NCBI GenBank assembly: GCA_934101795.1
Contig: CAKORY010000001.1
Location: forward strand, 76,878-140,877
Source of the DNA: an uncultured Bacilli bacterium
GTDB lineage: Bacteria; Bacillota_I; Bacilli_A; RF39; UBA660
Length of the DNA: 64,000 nt
Direction: 5' to 3'
Part shown: positions 19,261 through 29,042 of the stretch, one piece after another
Position numbering within the stretch: the first letter of the stretch is position 1
Layout: each line of letters starts with the position of its first letter
Program-made: the position numbers and the translations under genes
The notes under the pieces: generated by a model
What the model saw: only the letters and a program-made list of their open reading frames with translations
The model's database searches: none
Told to the model about the DNA's origin: nothing

Positions 19261-19860
19261 ATGAATTTACCAAATAGAATAACAATGGCTAGAATATTTT
19301 TATCAATATTGTTACTTGTAATGCTTTTAGTGCCTTGGTATAGCTTAGGAGTTGAATTTCCAGTTTATCAAGTTGCAACAATTACTGTTAATTTAAAATA
19401 TATAATTGCAGGTATAATATTTTTAATAGCTTCAACATCAGATTTTTTGGATGGTTATCTAGCTCGTAAAAATAATATGGTAACTGATTTTGGAAAAGTT
19501 ATGGATGCCATTGCAGATAAGTTACTTGTTAATGGACTTTTAGTAATACTTGCTTATGATAGAATTATTTCTATTGTAATTCCAGTTGTTATTATATCTC
19601 GTGATATTGTTGTTGACTCATGTAAGATGATTTCAGGACAAAATGGAAAAGTTGTGGCAGCATCAATTATGGGAAAACTTAAAACAATTTGTATGATGAG
19701 TGGACTTACCCTTACAATGTTTTATAATTTACCATTTGAACTTATTGGTTTCCCAGTTGCAGATATTTTACTTATAGCTGCAGTAATACTTTCAGTTATA
19801 TCTGGTGCCCAATATTTCTATAGTGTTAGAGATATATTGTTTCCAAAGAAAAGTAAATAG
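19261..19860 (+). CDS. pgsA: CDP-diacylglycerol--glycerol-3-phosphate 3-phosphatidyltransferase
   Basis: The CDP-alcohol phosphatidyltransferase motif is DFLDGYLARK...G...DAIADK. Confidence 0.9.
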   Translation: MNLPNRITMARIFLSILLLVMLLVPWYSLGVEFPVYQVATITVNLKYIIAGIIFLIASTSDFLDGYLARKNNMVTDFGKVMDAIADKLLVNGLLVILAYDRIISIVIPVVIISRDIVVDSCKMISGQNGKVVAASIMGKLKTICMMSGLTLTMFYNLPFELIGFPVADILLIAAVILSVISGAQYFYSVRDILFPKKSK

Positions 19861-19879
19861 TGCTTCGGCACTTTTTTTG
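19859..19879 (+). terminator. rho-independent terminator after pgsA (GTGC-TTCG-GCAC plus T7)
   Basis: gtgcttcggcacttttttt, a tetraloop hairpin followed by a T-run. Confidence 0.75.
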
Positions 19880-20111
19880 TTATAAGCAAATTTTCATAAG
19901 AATTATAAAACTAATAGTTAAATAGTTGCTAAAAATAAATATGTATATACTTGTATATACATATTTTTTATTTGATTATTATAAATTTTATAAAGTGGCT
20001 TAAATTTCTTGTTTTTGAAACTGTTTAGTAATATAATTAATTTATGGAACATCCTGTTTGATTGGATGCTACCTCTTTTAAAGTTTTGGAACTGAAAGAG
20101 AGGTGATGTTA

Positions 20112-20195
20112 ATGAACATAAAGAATTTGTTTATTCTTATGTTGTTCTTCATCATAGTATGTTTGCTAATAATTGTTTTTGTATTAGCAATCTAA
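20112..20195 (+). CDS. candidate type I toxin: 27-aa hydrophobic peptide
   Basis: The peptide is MNIKNLFILMLFFIIVCLLIIVFVLAI, a single TM. A strong RBS (agagaggtga) is present. In the mRNA, the 5' UTR segments GGAACATCC (20046-54) and GATTGGATGCTACC (20060-73) are perfectly complementary to the 3' UTR segments GGTAGCATCCAATC (20246-59) and GGATGTTCC (20271-79). Confidence 0.5.
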   Translation: MNIKNLFILMLFFIIVCLLIIVFVLAI

Positions 20196-20290
20196 CAAAA
20201 AGCATCTAAATCAACGAGGTTGATTTAGATGCCATCCACATTATTGGTAGCATCCAATCTCGCTAAAAACCGGATGTTCCATTTTTTTAT
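20196..20290 (-). ncRNA. candidate antisense antitoxin sRNA, convergent and overlapping the 3' UTR of the toxin mRNA
   Basis: Read on the minus strand, the perfect hairpin GCATCTAAATCAAC-CTCG-TTGATTTAGATGC (20202-20232) is followed by UUUUUGUU, which is an intrinsic terminator only in that orientation. A TATAAT-like element lies near 20300 on the minus strand. Confidence 0.4.
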
Positions 20291-20408
20291 TATATGCAAA
20301 TTTTCTTTGCTAAATACATAATAACATAAATGTGGCTAAAAGTCAAATTTAAAAATATAAAAATTTTTCTGTTTTTATGTTATAATGAAACTATAAGGAG
20401 CAAAATAT

Positions 20409-20813
20409 ATGAAAATATTTATTATATGCAGTAAAGCATTTTATGATAAAATACCACCAATTAAGAGTGCACTAGAAAAAGCGGGACATATAATATCATT
20501 ACCTAATTGTTATGATTGTCCTGAAACAGAAAGTAAATATCGTGGCACAGATGAACATGCTAAGTGGAAAGCTGGAATGATTAAACATAGTGAAGAAGTT
20601 ATTTCTGGAGTTGATGCTGTGCTTGTTTTAAATTATGCTAAAAATGGCATTCAAAATTATATCGGAGGTGCAACATTTCTAGAAATGTATGATGCTTTTA
20701 GATTAGAAAAAACAATATATATGATAAATGATATACCAGATGGTTTATTGAAAGATGAGATTATTGGCTTTAATCCAATTATTTTAAATGGAGATTTAAA
20801 TAAATTAGTTTAA
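20409..20813 (+). CDS. nucleoside 2-deoxyribosyltransferase-like fold protein (putative)
   Basis: KIFIICSKAFYD ... VDAVLVLNYAKNG..GGATFLEMYDAF loosely resembles the PF05014-type Rossmann-like family. The assignment is weak. Confidence 0.3.
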   Translation: MKIFIICSKAFYDKIPPIKSALEKAGHIISLPNCYDCPETESKYRGTDEHAKWKAGMIKHSEEVISGVDAVLVLNYAKNGIQNYIGGATFLEMYDAFRLEKTIYMINDIPDGLLKDEIIGFNPIILNGDLNKLV

Positions 20814-20871
20814 TATTTTGACTACTTGTATTCGTTGTGATATAATTTTATTATCATAAGGAGTGATTAAT

Positions 20872-22872
20872 ATGAGTAAGATGGATGATGCAGCACTAAA
20901 TAGTATAAAGGTGCTTGCACTTGATATGATAGATAAAGCTGGTAGTGGGCATCCTGGAATAGTTTTAGGAGCTGCTCCGATTTTATACGCTTTATATAAA
21001 GAACAAATGGATGTTATACCTAGTAATCCAAATTGGATAAATAGGGATAGATTTGTTATGTCTGCAGGTCATGGTTCTGCTCTTTTATATTCAGTTTTAT
21101 ACCATATGGGATATGGAATTGATATGGAAGAGTTAAAACACTTTAGAGATTTAAGTAGTCTTACACCAGGACATCCAGAAGTTAAAGTAACACCGGGAGT
21201 AGATGCATCAACTGGTCCCCTTGGTCAAGGGATTGGAATGGCAGTTGGTATGGCCCTTGCTGAAAGATACTTAAATGCTATTGTAAATATTGAAGATAAA
21301 AATTCAAAATTAATTGACTATTATACATATTGTTTATGTGGTGATGGGGATTTAATGGAAGGTATTAGTTATGAAGCATTAAGCTTTGCAAGTACTCAAA
21401 ATTTAAATAAATTAATTCTTTTATATGATAAGAATAATGTTTCTTTAGATAGTGATACTAAAAATACTTTTACTGAAGATATTGAAATACGTTTTGAAGC
21501 TTTAGATTTTAATATTATTAATGTTAAAAATGGTGATGATTATAAAGAAATATCTAGAGCTATTAAACAAGCTAAAAGGGCTGATAGACCATCAATAATT
21601 ATTTGTAATACAATAATTGGTGAAGACTCTAAATTAGAGGGAACTAATAAGGTACATGGTAAGCCACTTGAAAAAGATGATTTAATGGCTATTAAAGCTA
21701 AATATAAAATTACTAGTGAACCTTTTGAAGTAAGAAAAGATGTTTTAGAATTTTTACAAAATTATGTAAATAAGAGAGTTTCTAAAAAATATTTGGATTG
21801 GCAAGAAGATTATACTAATATAAAAGAAGAAAATAGTAATTTACATGCAATGGTTAATTTACTTGAAAGAAATGCTTTTGTAATTGATTTTGATGATACT
21901 AAATTTAAAATAAGTGATGAATATAGAGAAGCTTTAAGGGAGTCAAATCATAAAATTATGAATTTTATTTCACCAAAAAGTCCATTCTTTCTTGGTGGTT
22001 CTGCTGATCTTTCATCATCGTGTAAAACAAATTTAGATAAATCAACGATTCAAAGTGAAAAAAATCCTGTTGGTAAAAATATTTATTTTGGGGTTAGAGA
22101 ACATGCCATGGGTGCAATTTTAAATGGGATGGCATTATCAAATTTAAAAGTTTTTGGGTCAACATTCTTAGCATTTTCTGATTACTTAAAACCAGCGATT
22201 AGAATGTCAGCACTTATGAATTTACCAGTTACTTATATTTTTACACATGACTCCGTGTATGTTGGGCAAGATGGACCAACTCATGAACCAGTTGAACAAC
22301 TTACTAGTCTTAGAACTATACCAAACTTTACAACATTTAGACCCGCAGATATCAATGAAATCATGGGAGCTTGGGAATATATTCTTAAAAATAATTGTGC
22401 AACAGCGATGGTTATAAGTAAAGAAGAGAGAAGTAAACAAAAAAATACTAATGCTAGATTTGTGAAATATGGAGCTTATATGGTACGTAAAGAAAAGTAT
22501 CGTTTAGATGGAATTATTATTGCAACTGGTCAAGAACTTGAAATGGCAATGGATATATCAAAAGAATTATTTACTTTAGGAATAGATACTAGAGTAGTTT
22601 CAATGCCAAGTATGGAGCTTTTCTTAAAACAAAATCCTAAGTACGAAGAACAATTATTACCAAAGGATGTTCCGACATTTGTAATTGAAGCTGGAAATAG
22701 TCTTATTTGGAATAGATTTGCATCAAAACCAGATTATATTTTCGGAGTAAATAAATTTGGTATGAGTGGTAAAGCAGAAGATGTTGTTAAATATTTAAAG
22801 ATAGATAAAACTACTATTTTAGAGAAAATTGCTACTTATTTAAAAAAAGATGATATCATCGACATAATCTGA
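20872..22872 (+). CDS. tkt: transketolase
   Basis: The TPP-binding motif GSGHPG is present, as are GDGDLMEG and a C-terminal transketolase domain. The start is chosen at the ATG with an AGGAG RBS; the ORF track starts at the GTG at 20863. Confidence 0.9.
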   Translation: MSKMDDAALNSIKVLALDMIDKAGSGHPGIVLGAAPILYALYKEQMDVIPSNPNWINRDRFVMSAGHGSALLYSVLYHMGYGIDMEELKHFRDLSSLTPGHPEVKVTPGVDASTGPLGQGIGMAVGMALAERYLNAIVNIEDKNSKLIDYYTYCLCGDGDLMEGISYEALSFASTQNLNKLILLYDKNNVSLDSDTKNTFTEDIEIRFEALDFNIINVKNGDDYKEISRAIKQAKRADRPSIIICNTIIGEDSKLEGTNKVHGKPLEKDDLMAIKAKYKITSEPFEVRKDVLEFLQNYVNKRVSKKYLDWQEDYTNIKEENSNLHAMVNLLERNAFVIDFDDTKFKISDEYREALRESNHKIMNFISPKSPFFLGGSADLSSSCKTNLDKSTIQSEKNPVGKNIYFGVREHAMGAILNGMALSNLKVFGSTFLAFSDYLKPAIRMSALMNLPVTYIFTHDSVYVGQDGPTHEPVEQLTSLRTIPNFTTFRPADINEIMGAWEYILKNNCATAMVISKEERSKQKNTNARFVKYGAYMVRKEKYRLDGIIIATGQELEMAMDISKELFTLGIDTRVVSMPSMELFLKQNPKYEEQLLPKDVPTFVIEAGNSLIWNRFASKPDYIFGVNKFGMSGKAEDVVKYLKIDKTTILEKIATYLKKDDIIDII

Positions 22873-22905
22873 CAAATTATTTGAAGTCTTTATGTTATCA
22901 TATAT

Positions 22906-23337
22906 TTGGAAGGTGATAATATGAGGACTTTTTATATTTTTAGAATTAACAAAGAAATGGAAGTGTTACTTAAAGATAATCCCTATAATTTGTTTAAATC
23001 TTTAGAAGATATATACCTTTTAGATAAGACAAGTATAGGGATTGGAAAGGATTTATTAGATCAATTAATTGTGCCAATAGATAAACTAAAATATAATAAA
23101 TTAATATATGAACTAAATAAAGATAATGATTTTTATATGAAAAGTGGTGATACACATAAAGTAATTAATAAATATCGTAAAGAAGAAACTGTGATTATTG
23201 TTAAAAATAGCCATATTCTTCTTAAAACTAATATAATTAATCGAGATATTAAGAAATTTTTGCCAATTACGCAGGCTTTTGCTTGTGATTTTCAAAATAA
23301 AGATTATTTCTGGCTTGAAGAACTCATATATTTATAG
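22906..23337 (+). CDS. hypothetical protein, possible SirA (YneE)-like sporulation inhibitor of replication, assigned by synteny
   Basis: It is about 140 aa and lies between tkt and a YneF homolog, as in the B. subtilis tkt-sirA-yneF order. There is no strong motif evidence. Confidence 0.3.
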   Translation: MEGDNMRTFYIFRINKEMEVLLKDNPYNLFKSLEDIYLLDKTSIGIGKDLLDQLIVPIDKLKYNKLIYELNKDNDFYMKSGDTHKVINKYRKEETVIIVKNSHILLKTNIINRDIKKFLPITQAFACDFQNKDYFWLEELIYL

Positions 23338-23365
23338 TAAAATATTGGTATAAAGGAGAAAATTT

Positions 23366-23575
23366 ATGGGTAAATTAATATTATATTTAGTAATTGGTAT
23401 TATAATTGGACTTGTTATTGGTTTTTTTGTAGCTAGAGCTTTAATGAAAAAAACTTTAGAAAAAAATCCTCCGATTAATGAGAAAATGATTGAGGCTATG
23501 ATGAGTTCAATGGGAAGAAAGCCAAGTCAAAAACAAATTAATCAAGTAATGCAACAAATGAATAGATTTAAGTAA
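23366..23575 (+). CDS. yneF: UPF0154 family small membrane protein YneF
   Basis: GIIIGLVIGFFVARALMKKTLEKNPPINEKMIEAMMSSMGRKPSQKQINQVMQQM matches the B. subtilis YneF pattern (..KNPPINEQM...MG..PSQKKINQ). Confidence 0.8.
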   Translation: MGKLILYLVIGIIIGLVIGFFVARALMKKTLEKNPPINEKMIEAMMSSMGRKPSQKQINQVMQQMNRFK

Positions 23576-23589
23576 TTAAGTCTATTTTT

Positions 23590-23967
23590 TTATATTAATC
23601 CTACATCTAAAGCATCATCTTTTCTAGTTATTTCATTTATTAAGTATATAGCACCTCCGATTAAAAATAAGATGGCAGCAATTAGCTGGATAAAAGTTGA
23701 TCTATATGCTGGGTCATTAAAATTTTTTTCCATAGAACCTAAATCTTCAGTTAAAAGAAGTAAAAAATATAAGTAGATAAAAAATGCTATAAAAAAGATT
23801 GTAATGTTTATATATTTTTCTCTTTTGTAAGCTTCATTATCTTTTTTTAATAAATAATCTCTATCAAGTTTATTAGAATATAAAGCAAATACAACGATAA
23901 AAAAATAAATAATCCATATAAAATCTTCGTTTTTAAGTCTTTTTAATTTTTTATTAATATCGTTCAT
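23590..23967 (-). CDS. hypothetical membrane protein (3 TM)
   Basis: A hydrophobic ORF in convergent orientation. Confidence 0.4.
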   Translation of the reverse strand: MNDINKKLKRLKNEDFIWIIYFFIVVFALYSNKLDRDYLLKKDNEAYKREKYINITIFFIAFFIYLYFLLLLTEDLGSMEKNFNDPAYRSTFIQLIAAILFLIGGAIYLINEITRKDDALDVGLI

Positions 23968-24065
23968 GTTAAAATAATATGTATGTTATTAGAATAAAAT
24001 TATTTACAAAGTGAATATTATTAGATATAATTTATAGGTAAGTATAATTGCTGGGAGGTAAAAAT

Positions 24066-24854
24066 ATGAGAACAAGAATAATTACAGCAATAGTTGCGCT
24101 TTTAATTGTTATTCCTTTAGTGTTACTTGGAGGAATATATTTTGAACTTTTAATATGTTTAGTAGGTGCTTTTGCTTTTAAAGAAATGATTGATTTGAAA
24201 AAATCACATGGTAAAATACCTAATATGATGATATTTATTGGACTTGTTTCTTTACTTAGTTTGATTTTATCAAATAATAGTAATTTATCTATTTATTATG
24301 GATTTTCTTATCAGACTTTAGCATTAATAGTAATAGGAATTGTAGTACCTGTTATATTTTATAAGGAAGAAGAATATTCATCAAAAGATGCTTTATATCT
24401 ACTTGGTATAGTATTGTTTTTGGGACTTGCCTTAAATTCATTTTTAATAATAAGGATGCGTAGTTTTAAGACTTTGTTATTCTTACTTATTATTCCAACA
24501 TTTAATGATATATTTGCTTATATTATTGGTTCTAAATTTGGTAAAAACAAAATGTGTGTAAGTATAAGTCCAAATAAGACTTGGGAAGGTTCTATTGGTG
24601 GTTTAGTACTTGGTACAATTGGGGGAGTAGTTTTATATAGATTACTACTTGGTAAAATTACTTTTAAAGTTATATTAATTACTATTATCCTTTCTATTGT
24701 TGGTCAAATGGGAGATTTAGTAATGAGCCGCATCAAACGTGAAAATGGTATTAAGGATTTTTCTAATCTTTTACCAGGTCATGGTGGTATTTTAGATAGA
24801 CTTGATAGTTCAATATTTGTATTTTTGGCATATATGTTTATGATAATATTTTAA
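24066..24854 (+). CDS. cdsA: phosphatidate cytidylyltransferase
   Basis: The CTP_transf_1 signature SPNKTWEGSIGG is present. The product is multi-TM. The start is chosen at ATG 24066 with a GGAGG RBS; the ORF track starts at 24048. Confidence 0.85.
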   Translation: MRTRIITAIVALLIVIPLVLLGGIYFELLICLVGAFAFKEMIDLKKSHGKIPNMMIFIGLVSLLSLILSNNSNLSIYYGFSYQTLALIVIGIVVPVIFYKEEEYSSKDALYLLGIVLFLGLALNSFLIIRMRSFKTLLFLLIIPTFNDIFAYIIGSKFGKNKMCVSISPNKTWEGSIGGLVLGTIGGVVLYRLLLGKITFKVILITIILSIVGQMGDLVMSRIKRENGIKDFSNLLPGHGGILDRLDSSIFVFLAYMFMIIF

Positions 24855-24867
24855 GGAGGAATAGATT

Positions 24868-25920
24868 ATGTGGATTGTATCTGTGTTAGTGCTTATATTA
24901 ATACTTGGAATTATTATTTTAGTTCATGAGTTTGGACACTTTATTTGGGCAAAAAAGTTTGGGGTTCATATTTATGAATTTTCAATTGGTATGGGTCCAG
25001 TTATTCATACCCACAAGGGTAAAGATAAAATTGATTATAATATCAGAGCTTTTCCAATTGGTGGATTTGTTTCCATGGCTGGGGAAGTTTATGAAGATGC
25101 CGATGAAAAGATAAAAAAAGAAGATTATATGTGTAATAAACCTTGGTGGCAAAGAGTAATTATTTTAGTAGCTGGGGTTGTAAATAATTTTATATTAGCA
25201 ATTGTTTTACTTTTTTTAAGTAGTCTTATTTGGGGTGGAAATACTTTAAAACCAGTTGTTAAAAATGTAGTAGATAATTATCCAATGGCTGAAGCTGGCA
25301 TAACTAGTGGAGATACTATAACAGCCATTAATGGTCATAAGGTATCTAGCTGGGATGTTGCTCAAATAGTTTTGGTTATGAAAAATAAAAATGAGTATTA
25401 CACTTTTGATGTAAAACATGAAGATGGGAAAATGGATACCTATAAAGTTGTACCAAAAGTAGAAAAAGATGCTGATGGTAATGAAAGGCAAGTTTTTGGT
25501 ATTGAAGTTGAAAGTAATACGTTATCTGGTTTCTTTGGTTCTATAAAATATGCATTTATGAAATTTAATAGTATTGTTCATTCAATGTGGCTTACTGTGA
25601 CAGGTTTAATTACTGGTAAAATTAGTGCAAGTGCTTTATCTGGTCCAGTTGGCATGTATAAAATAGTAGATGATGGTGTTGCTCTTGGACTAAATTATAT
25701 GATTTACTTAACTGCATTTTTGTCAATTAATGTAGGATTTATTAATATTTTACCATTCCCAGCATTTGATGGCGGTAGAGTATTCTTCCTTATCGTCGAA
25801 GCAATTAGAAGAAAACCAATTAATGCTAAATTTGAAAATGCTTGTCATTTAGTAGGATTTGCACTTTTGATGCTTTTAATGATATATATTACAATTCAAG
25901 ATATAATTAGATTATTTTAA
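24868..25920 (+). CDS. rseP: RIP site-2 zinc metalloprotease RseP/RasP
   Basis: The zinc-binding motif is HEFGHF. A PDZ domain and a C-terminal LDGG motif are also present. Confidence 0.85.
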   Translation: MWIVSVLVLILILGIIILVHEFGHFIWAKKFGVHIYEFSIGMGPVIHTHKGKDKIDYNIRAFPIGGFVSMAGEVYEDADEKIKKEDYMCNKPWWQRVIILVAGVVNNFILAIVLLFLSSLIWGGNTLKPVVKNVVDNYPMAEAGITSGDTITAINGHKVSSWDVAQIVLVMKNKNEYYTFDVKHEDGKMDTYKVVPKVEKDADGNERQVFGIEVESNTLSGFFGSIKYAFMKFNSIVHSMWLTVTGLITGKISASALSGPVGMYKIVDDGVALGLNYMIYLTAFLSINVGFINILPFPAFDGGRVFFLIVEAIRRKPINAKFENACHLVGFALLMLLMIYITIQDIIRLF

Positions 25921-25921
25921 C

Positions 25922-25950
25922 TTGCATATATTAAAAAAATATGGTAATAT
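25922..25950 (+). promoter_or_regulatory. sigma-A type promoter for rplS (TTGCAT-17-TAATAT with an extended -10 TG)
   Basis: cTTGCATatattaaaaaaatatggTAATAT. Confidence 0.55.
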
Positions 25951-26027
25951 ATTGGTGACCCAAAAAAGGTATATAATCCGCTATAAAATTTATATGATTA
26001 TAGGTAATGAAATAAGGAGGTAAGAAA

Positions 26028-26369
26028 ATGGCAAATTTAGTTGACAAAATTGCTGAAAAACATATTCGTAAAGATGTTCCAGAATTTAGAGTTGGGGACA
26101 CAGTTAGAGTTGATGTTTGGGTAAAAGAAGGAAAGAAAGAACGTATCCAATCTTTTGAAGGATTAGTAATCGCTAAAAGAGGTGGAGGAGTTTCTGAAAC
26201 ATTTACAGTTCGTAAGAAAAGTGGAACTGTTGGTGTTCAAAGAATATTCCCAGTTAATGCCCCAACAATTGATAAAATTGTGGTAATCAAAAAAGGTAAA
26301 GTTCGTAGAGCTAAGCTTAACTTTATCAAAGGAATGCGTAAAGAATATAAAGTTAAGGAAAGAAGTTAA
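26028..26369 (+). CDS. rplS: 50S ribosomal protein L19
   Basis: The 113-aa product has the L19 signature (..RVGDTVRVDVWVKEG.KERIQSFEG..). Confidence 0.95.
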   Translation: MANLVDKIAEKHIRKDVPEFRVGDTVRVDVWVKEGKKERIQSFEGLVIAKRGGGVSETFTVRKKSGTVGVQRIFPVNAPTIDKIVVIKKGKVRRAKLNFIKGMRKEYKVKERS

Positions 26370-26393
26370 TTCTTTCCTTTCTTTCATTTAGGA

Positions 26394-26885
26394 GTGATTT
26401 TTATAAAAAGAATAATTAAAGAATTATTACCTTATATTATAATTGTGGTTGTGGTTGTACTTATTCGTACATTTATTGCAACACCAGTTAGAGTTGATGG
26501 GGATAGTATGAATAAGACATTTAAAAATGGCGATATCTTAATACTTTATAAACTAAGTGAGATTAAAAGATTTGATGTTATTGTGCTTCATGAAGAAAAG
26601 GATAATGAAAAAATAATAAAAAGAATTATTGGTATGCCTGGTGATACTGTTGCAATTAAAGATGGAGAAATTTATATTAATGATGAAAAAATAGATGATA
26701 AGTATGCTTATGGTATGACAAGTGATTATGATAGAATAACTTTAAAAAGTGATGAATACTTTATCCTAGGGGATAATAGACTTATTAGTAAAGATTCAAG
26801 ATATTTTGGACCTATAAAAGAAAAAGAAATTAAAGGTAAAGTTGTATTTAGAATATTCCCATTTAGTAAGTTTGGAAAAATTTAG
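26394..26885 (+). CDS. lepB: signal peptidase I (bacterial P-type)
   Basis: The catalytic Ser box is DGDSM. GDNR..SKDSR is present, with a Lys in box D. Confidence 0.85.
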   Translation: MIFIKRIIKELLPYIIIVVVVVLIRTFIATPVRVDGDSMNKTFKNGDILILYKLSEIKRFDVIVLHEEKDNEKIIKRIIGMPGDTVAIKDGEIYINDEKIDDKYAYGMTSDYDRITLKSDEYFILGDNRLISKDSRYFGPIKEKEIKGKVVFRIFPFSKFGKI

Positions 26886-26892
26886 GTGTGTT

Positions 26893-27642
26893 ATGGATTT
26901 AGTAAATTTAATGTATAAATATATAAATAGATTAATAAATAGTGATGAATTATTAGAAAAAATGAATAGTTTAGATTTAACTAGAGTTTCAGATGATGAA
27001 AAGAAAAATATAGAAAGTATTATTCAAAGTATTGAGAATATAAAAGGTGATACACCAAATGAGGTAGATGAACTTGAGAAAAATAGAATGAAAACAATTG
27101 AAGAATTTATTGATGTATTAGATAAAGCTTTAGGAAGCAATAATTTGGATAATGAAACAAAAGAAATGTTTATAAAAAGAAAACAAGGACTTGTTCTTGA
27201 CAAAGAGAAGGTTAAAGATGGTGATAAATTATATGAAAAAATATTCACTTTACTTACTCATAATGATTTGATAGCAAATTATTGCAAGAAAATGAACAAT
27301 TATGAACTTTTAGAATTTATTGTACAGTATATTAGTGTTCCAATGCCACCAGAAATTGATCAAAAAGCATTTGATGAACTTGTTCAAATTGCTATAGACA
27401 AAGATGAAAGAGAATGGTTATGGCGCTTAGCATTTAACTATAATGGAAAAAATAAGGATTTTTCATTAATTGAAGATTATTTTATTAAAGTTAAAGATGA
27501 TTATTATCTAACTGAGCTTATAAGTGCTATACAAGAAGATTTAGATATGAAAAAGTTAAAAAAGAAAGTTTTAAATACTAAAGATAATGATTTTATAGAA
27601 AAAGTTGAAGACACTTTGAAAAATTATTCTATTGAATTTTAA
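26893..27642 (+). CDS. hypothetical protein (first gene after lepB; possibly island cargo)
   Basis: The ORF has an AGGTG RBS. I recognise no domains. Confidence 0.45.
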   Translation: MDLVNLMYKYINRLINSDELLEKMNSLDLTRVSDDEKKNIESIIQSIENIKGDTPNEVDELEKNRMKTIEEFIDVLDKALGSNNLDNETKEMFIKRKQGLVLDKEKVKDGDKLYEKIFTLLTHNDLIANYCKKMNNYELLEFIVQYISVPMPPEIDQKAFDELVQIAIDKDEREWLWRLAFNYNGKNKDFSLIEDYFIKVKDDYYLTELISAIQEDLDMKKLKKKVLNTKDNDFIEKVEDTLKNYSIEF

Positions 27643-27736
27643 ACGAAAAAGCAATTATAACAAGGACATGGCTGAAAAAATGACATTGGCAAGCATCAAA
27701 GCAGATTATGCTGAGAAAGAAATATATACTTGTAAG

Positions 27737-27762
27737 TAAGATGAGAAATCATCTTATTTTTC
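27737..27762 (+). terminator. rho-independent terminator (AAGATGA-GAAA-TCATCTT plus T-run)
   Basis: Stem at 27737-43 and 27748-54, followed by ATTTTT. Confidence 0.55.
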
Positions 27763-27774
27763 TTTCTAAAAATT

Positions 27775-27803
27775 GTTGACAGACAAATATTTGTATGGTA
27801 TAT
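27775..27803 (+). promoter_or_regulatory. strong sigma-A promoter (TTGACA-17-TATATT with extended -10 TG) for the Bro-N gene
   Basis: TTGACAgacaaatatttgtaTGgTATATT. Confidence 0.6.
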
Positions 27804-27862
27804 TTTGATTATGAGATTGATGTAAAAATATTGCTAATCATTTATATAAGGGGGAATAAAAT

Positions 27863-28420
27863 ATGGATAATAGATTAGAAACTTTGTCAAATTTATTTGA
27901 AGGAACAGAAATAAGAAGCGTGTGGGATAGTGAAAAAGAAGACTATTATTTTAGTGTGGTTGATGTTATTGGTGTACTAACAGAAAGTTCAAGAGCAAGA
28001 AAGTATTGGAGTGATCTTAAGAATAAGCTTAAAAATGAAGGAAGTGAGTTGTCCGAAAATGTCGGACAACTGAAGATGAAGGCAAAAGATGGGAAGGTTT
28101 ATGCAACGGATGTATTAAATACCAAAGGAATATTAAGACTCACTGAGTCTGTACCTAGTCCAAAGGCAGAACCATTTAAAATGTGGCTGGCTAGTCTTGG
28201 TGATGAAAGAATAAATGAAGTATTTGACCCAGAGGTTGCTATTAACAGGGCTGTAAATTATTATCGTAAAAAAGGTTATAGCGATGAATGGATAAAAGCT
28301 AGACTAAGTGGAATTGTTGATAGATTTAAACTAACTGATGTTTGGAAAGATGGTGGTATAAATAAACCTGTGGAGTTTGTTTTACTTATGAATGAGATTA
28401 TAAAGGTTGATCTGGTATGA
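27863..28420 (+). CDS. Bro-N domain protein (phage antirepressor-like / DinD N-terminal-like)
   Basis: The N-terminal Bro-N pattern is LFEGTEIRSVWDSEKEDYYFSVVDVIGVLTES. Confidence 0.65.
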   Translation: MDNRLETLSNLFEGTEIRSVWDSEKEDYYFSVVDVIGVLTESSRARKYWSDLKNKLKNEGSELSENVGQLKMKAKDGKVYATDVLNTKGILRLTESVPSPKAEPFKMWLASLGDERINEVFDPEVAINRAVNYYRKKGYSDEWIKARLSGIVDRFKLTDVWKDGGINKPVEFVLLMNEIIKVDLV

Positions 28421-29042
28421 AAGTAGCAAAAAAAAGGAAACCAGAATAACTGCAATATAAAGTAATAATGCTTTAAATTATAAATATATTGATAAAAATT
28501 TGATTGAAAGTTAATAGTGTAAAGAAATAATAAAAAATAATCAAAAAAACTATGAGATATAATAAAAAAATGGTATAATAAATTTTTGTAAAGAAAATAT
28601 TTTAGTTAATAAATATGTTTTGAATATATTAGGATATATAAAAGATAATTAATTGTCTAAAGGTAAGTTATGATAAAGTAGTTGACGAGGAATACTCGTT
28701 AACTGCATTTATATAAATTAAATATAAGAAGGATGTGAAAAATGTGGATAATAACGAAACAAACATAAACTGGTATAAACCGACTTTGATTAACTTCCAA
28801 GCAAACCTTTATTTTATAAGACTTTTTATTTAATTCCTTTTTACATTTTCGAGTATAAAAATAGTAAAAGAATTCAAAAAAAAGGTAATACCGACTTATA
28901 TTAACTTTAACTTTTTTTAAAAATATAATTGTATATAAGAAAAATTTAAAAATATTGTAAATCAATTTTGTAATGGATCCATAAAGAAACCTATTATGTA
29001 ATAATAATATAAAAAGATGAGATAAAAAATCAGGAGGTAAAT

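Noticed and set aside
27668-27739. 23-codon ORF MAEKMTLASIKADYAEKEIYTCK upstream of the Bro-N gene
   Set aside because: The Shine-Dalgarno spacing is too short (AAGGA 1 nt from the ATG). It is more likely non-coding sequence ahead of the terminator and promoter.
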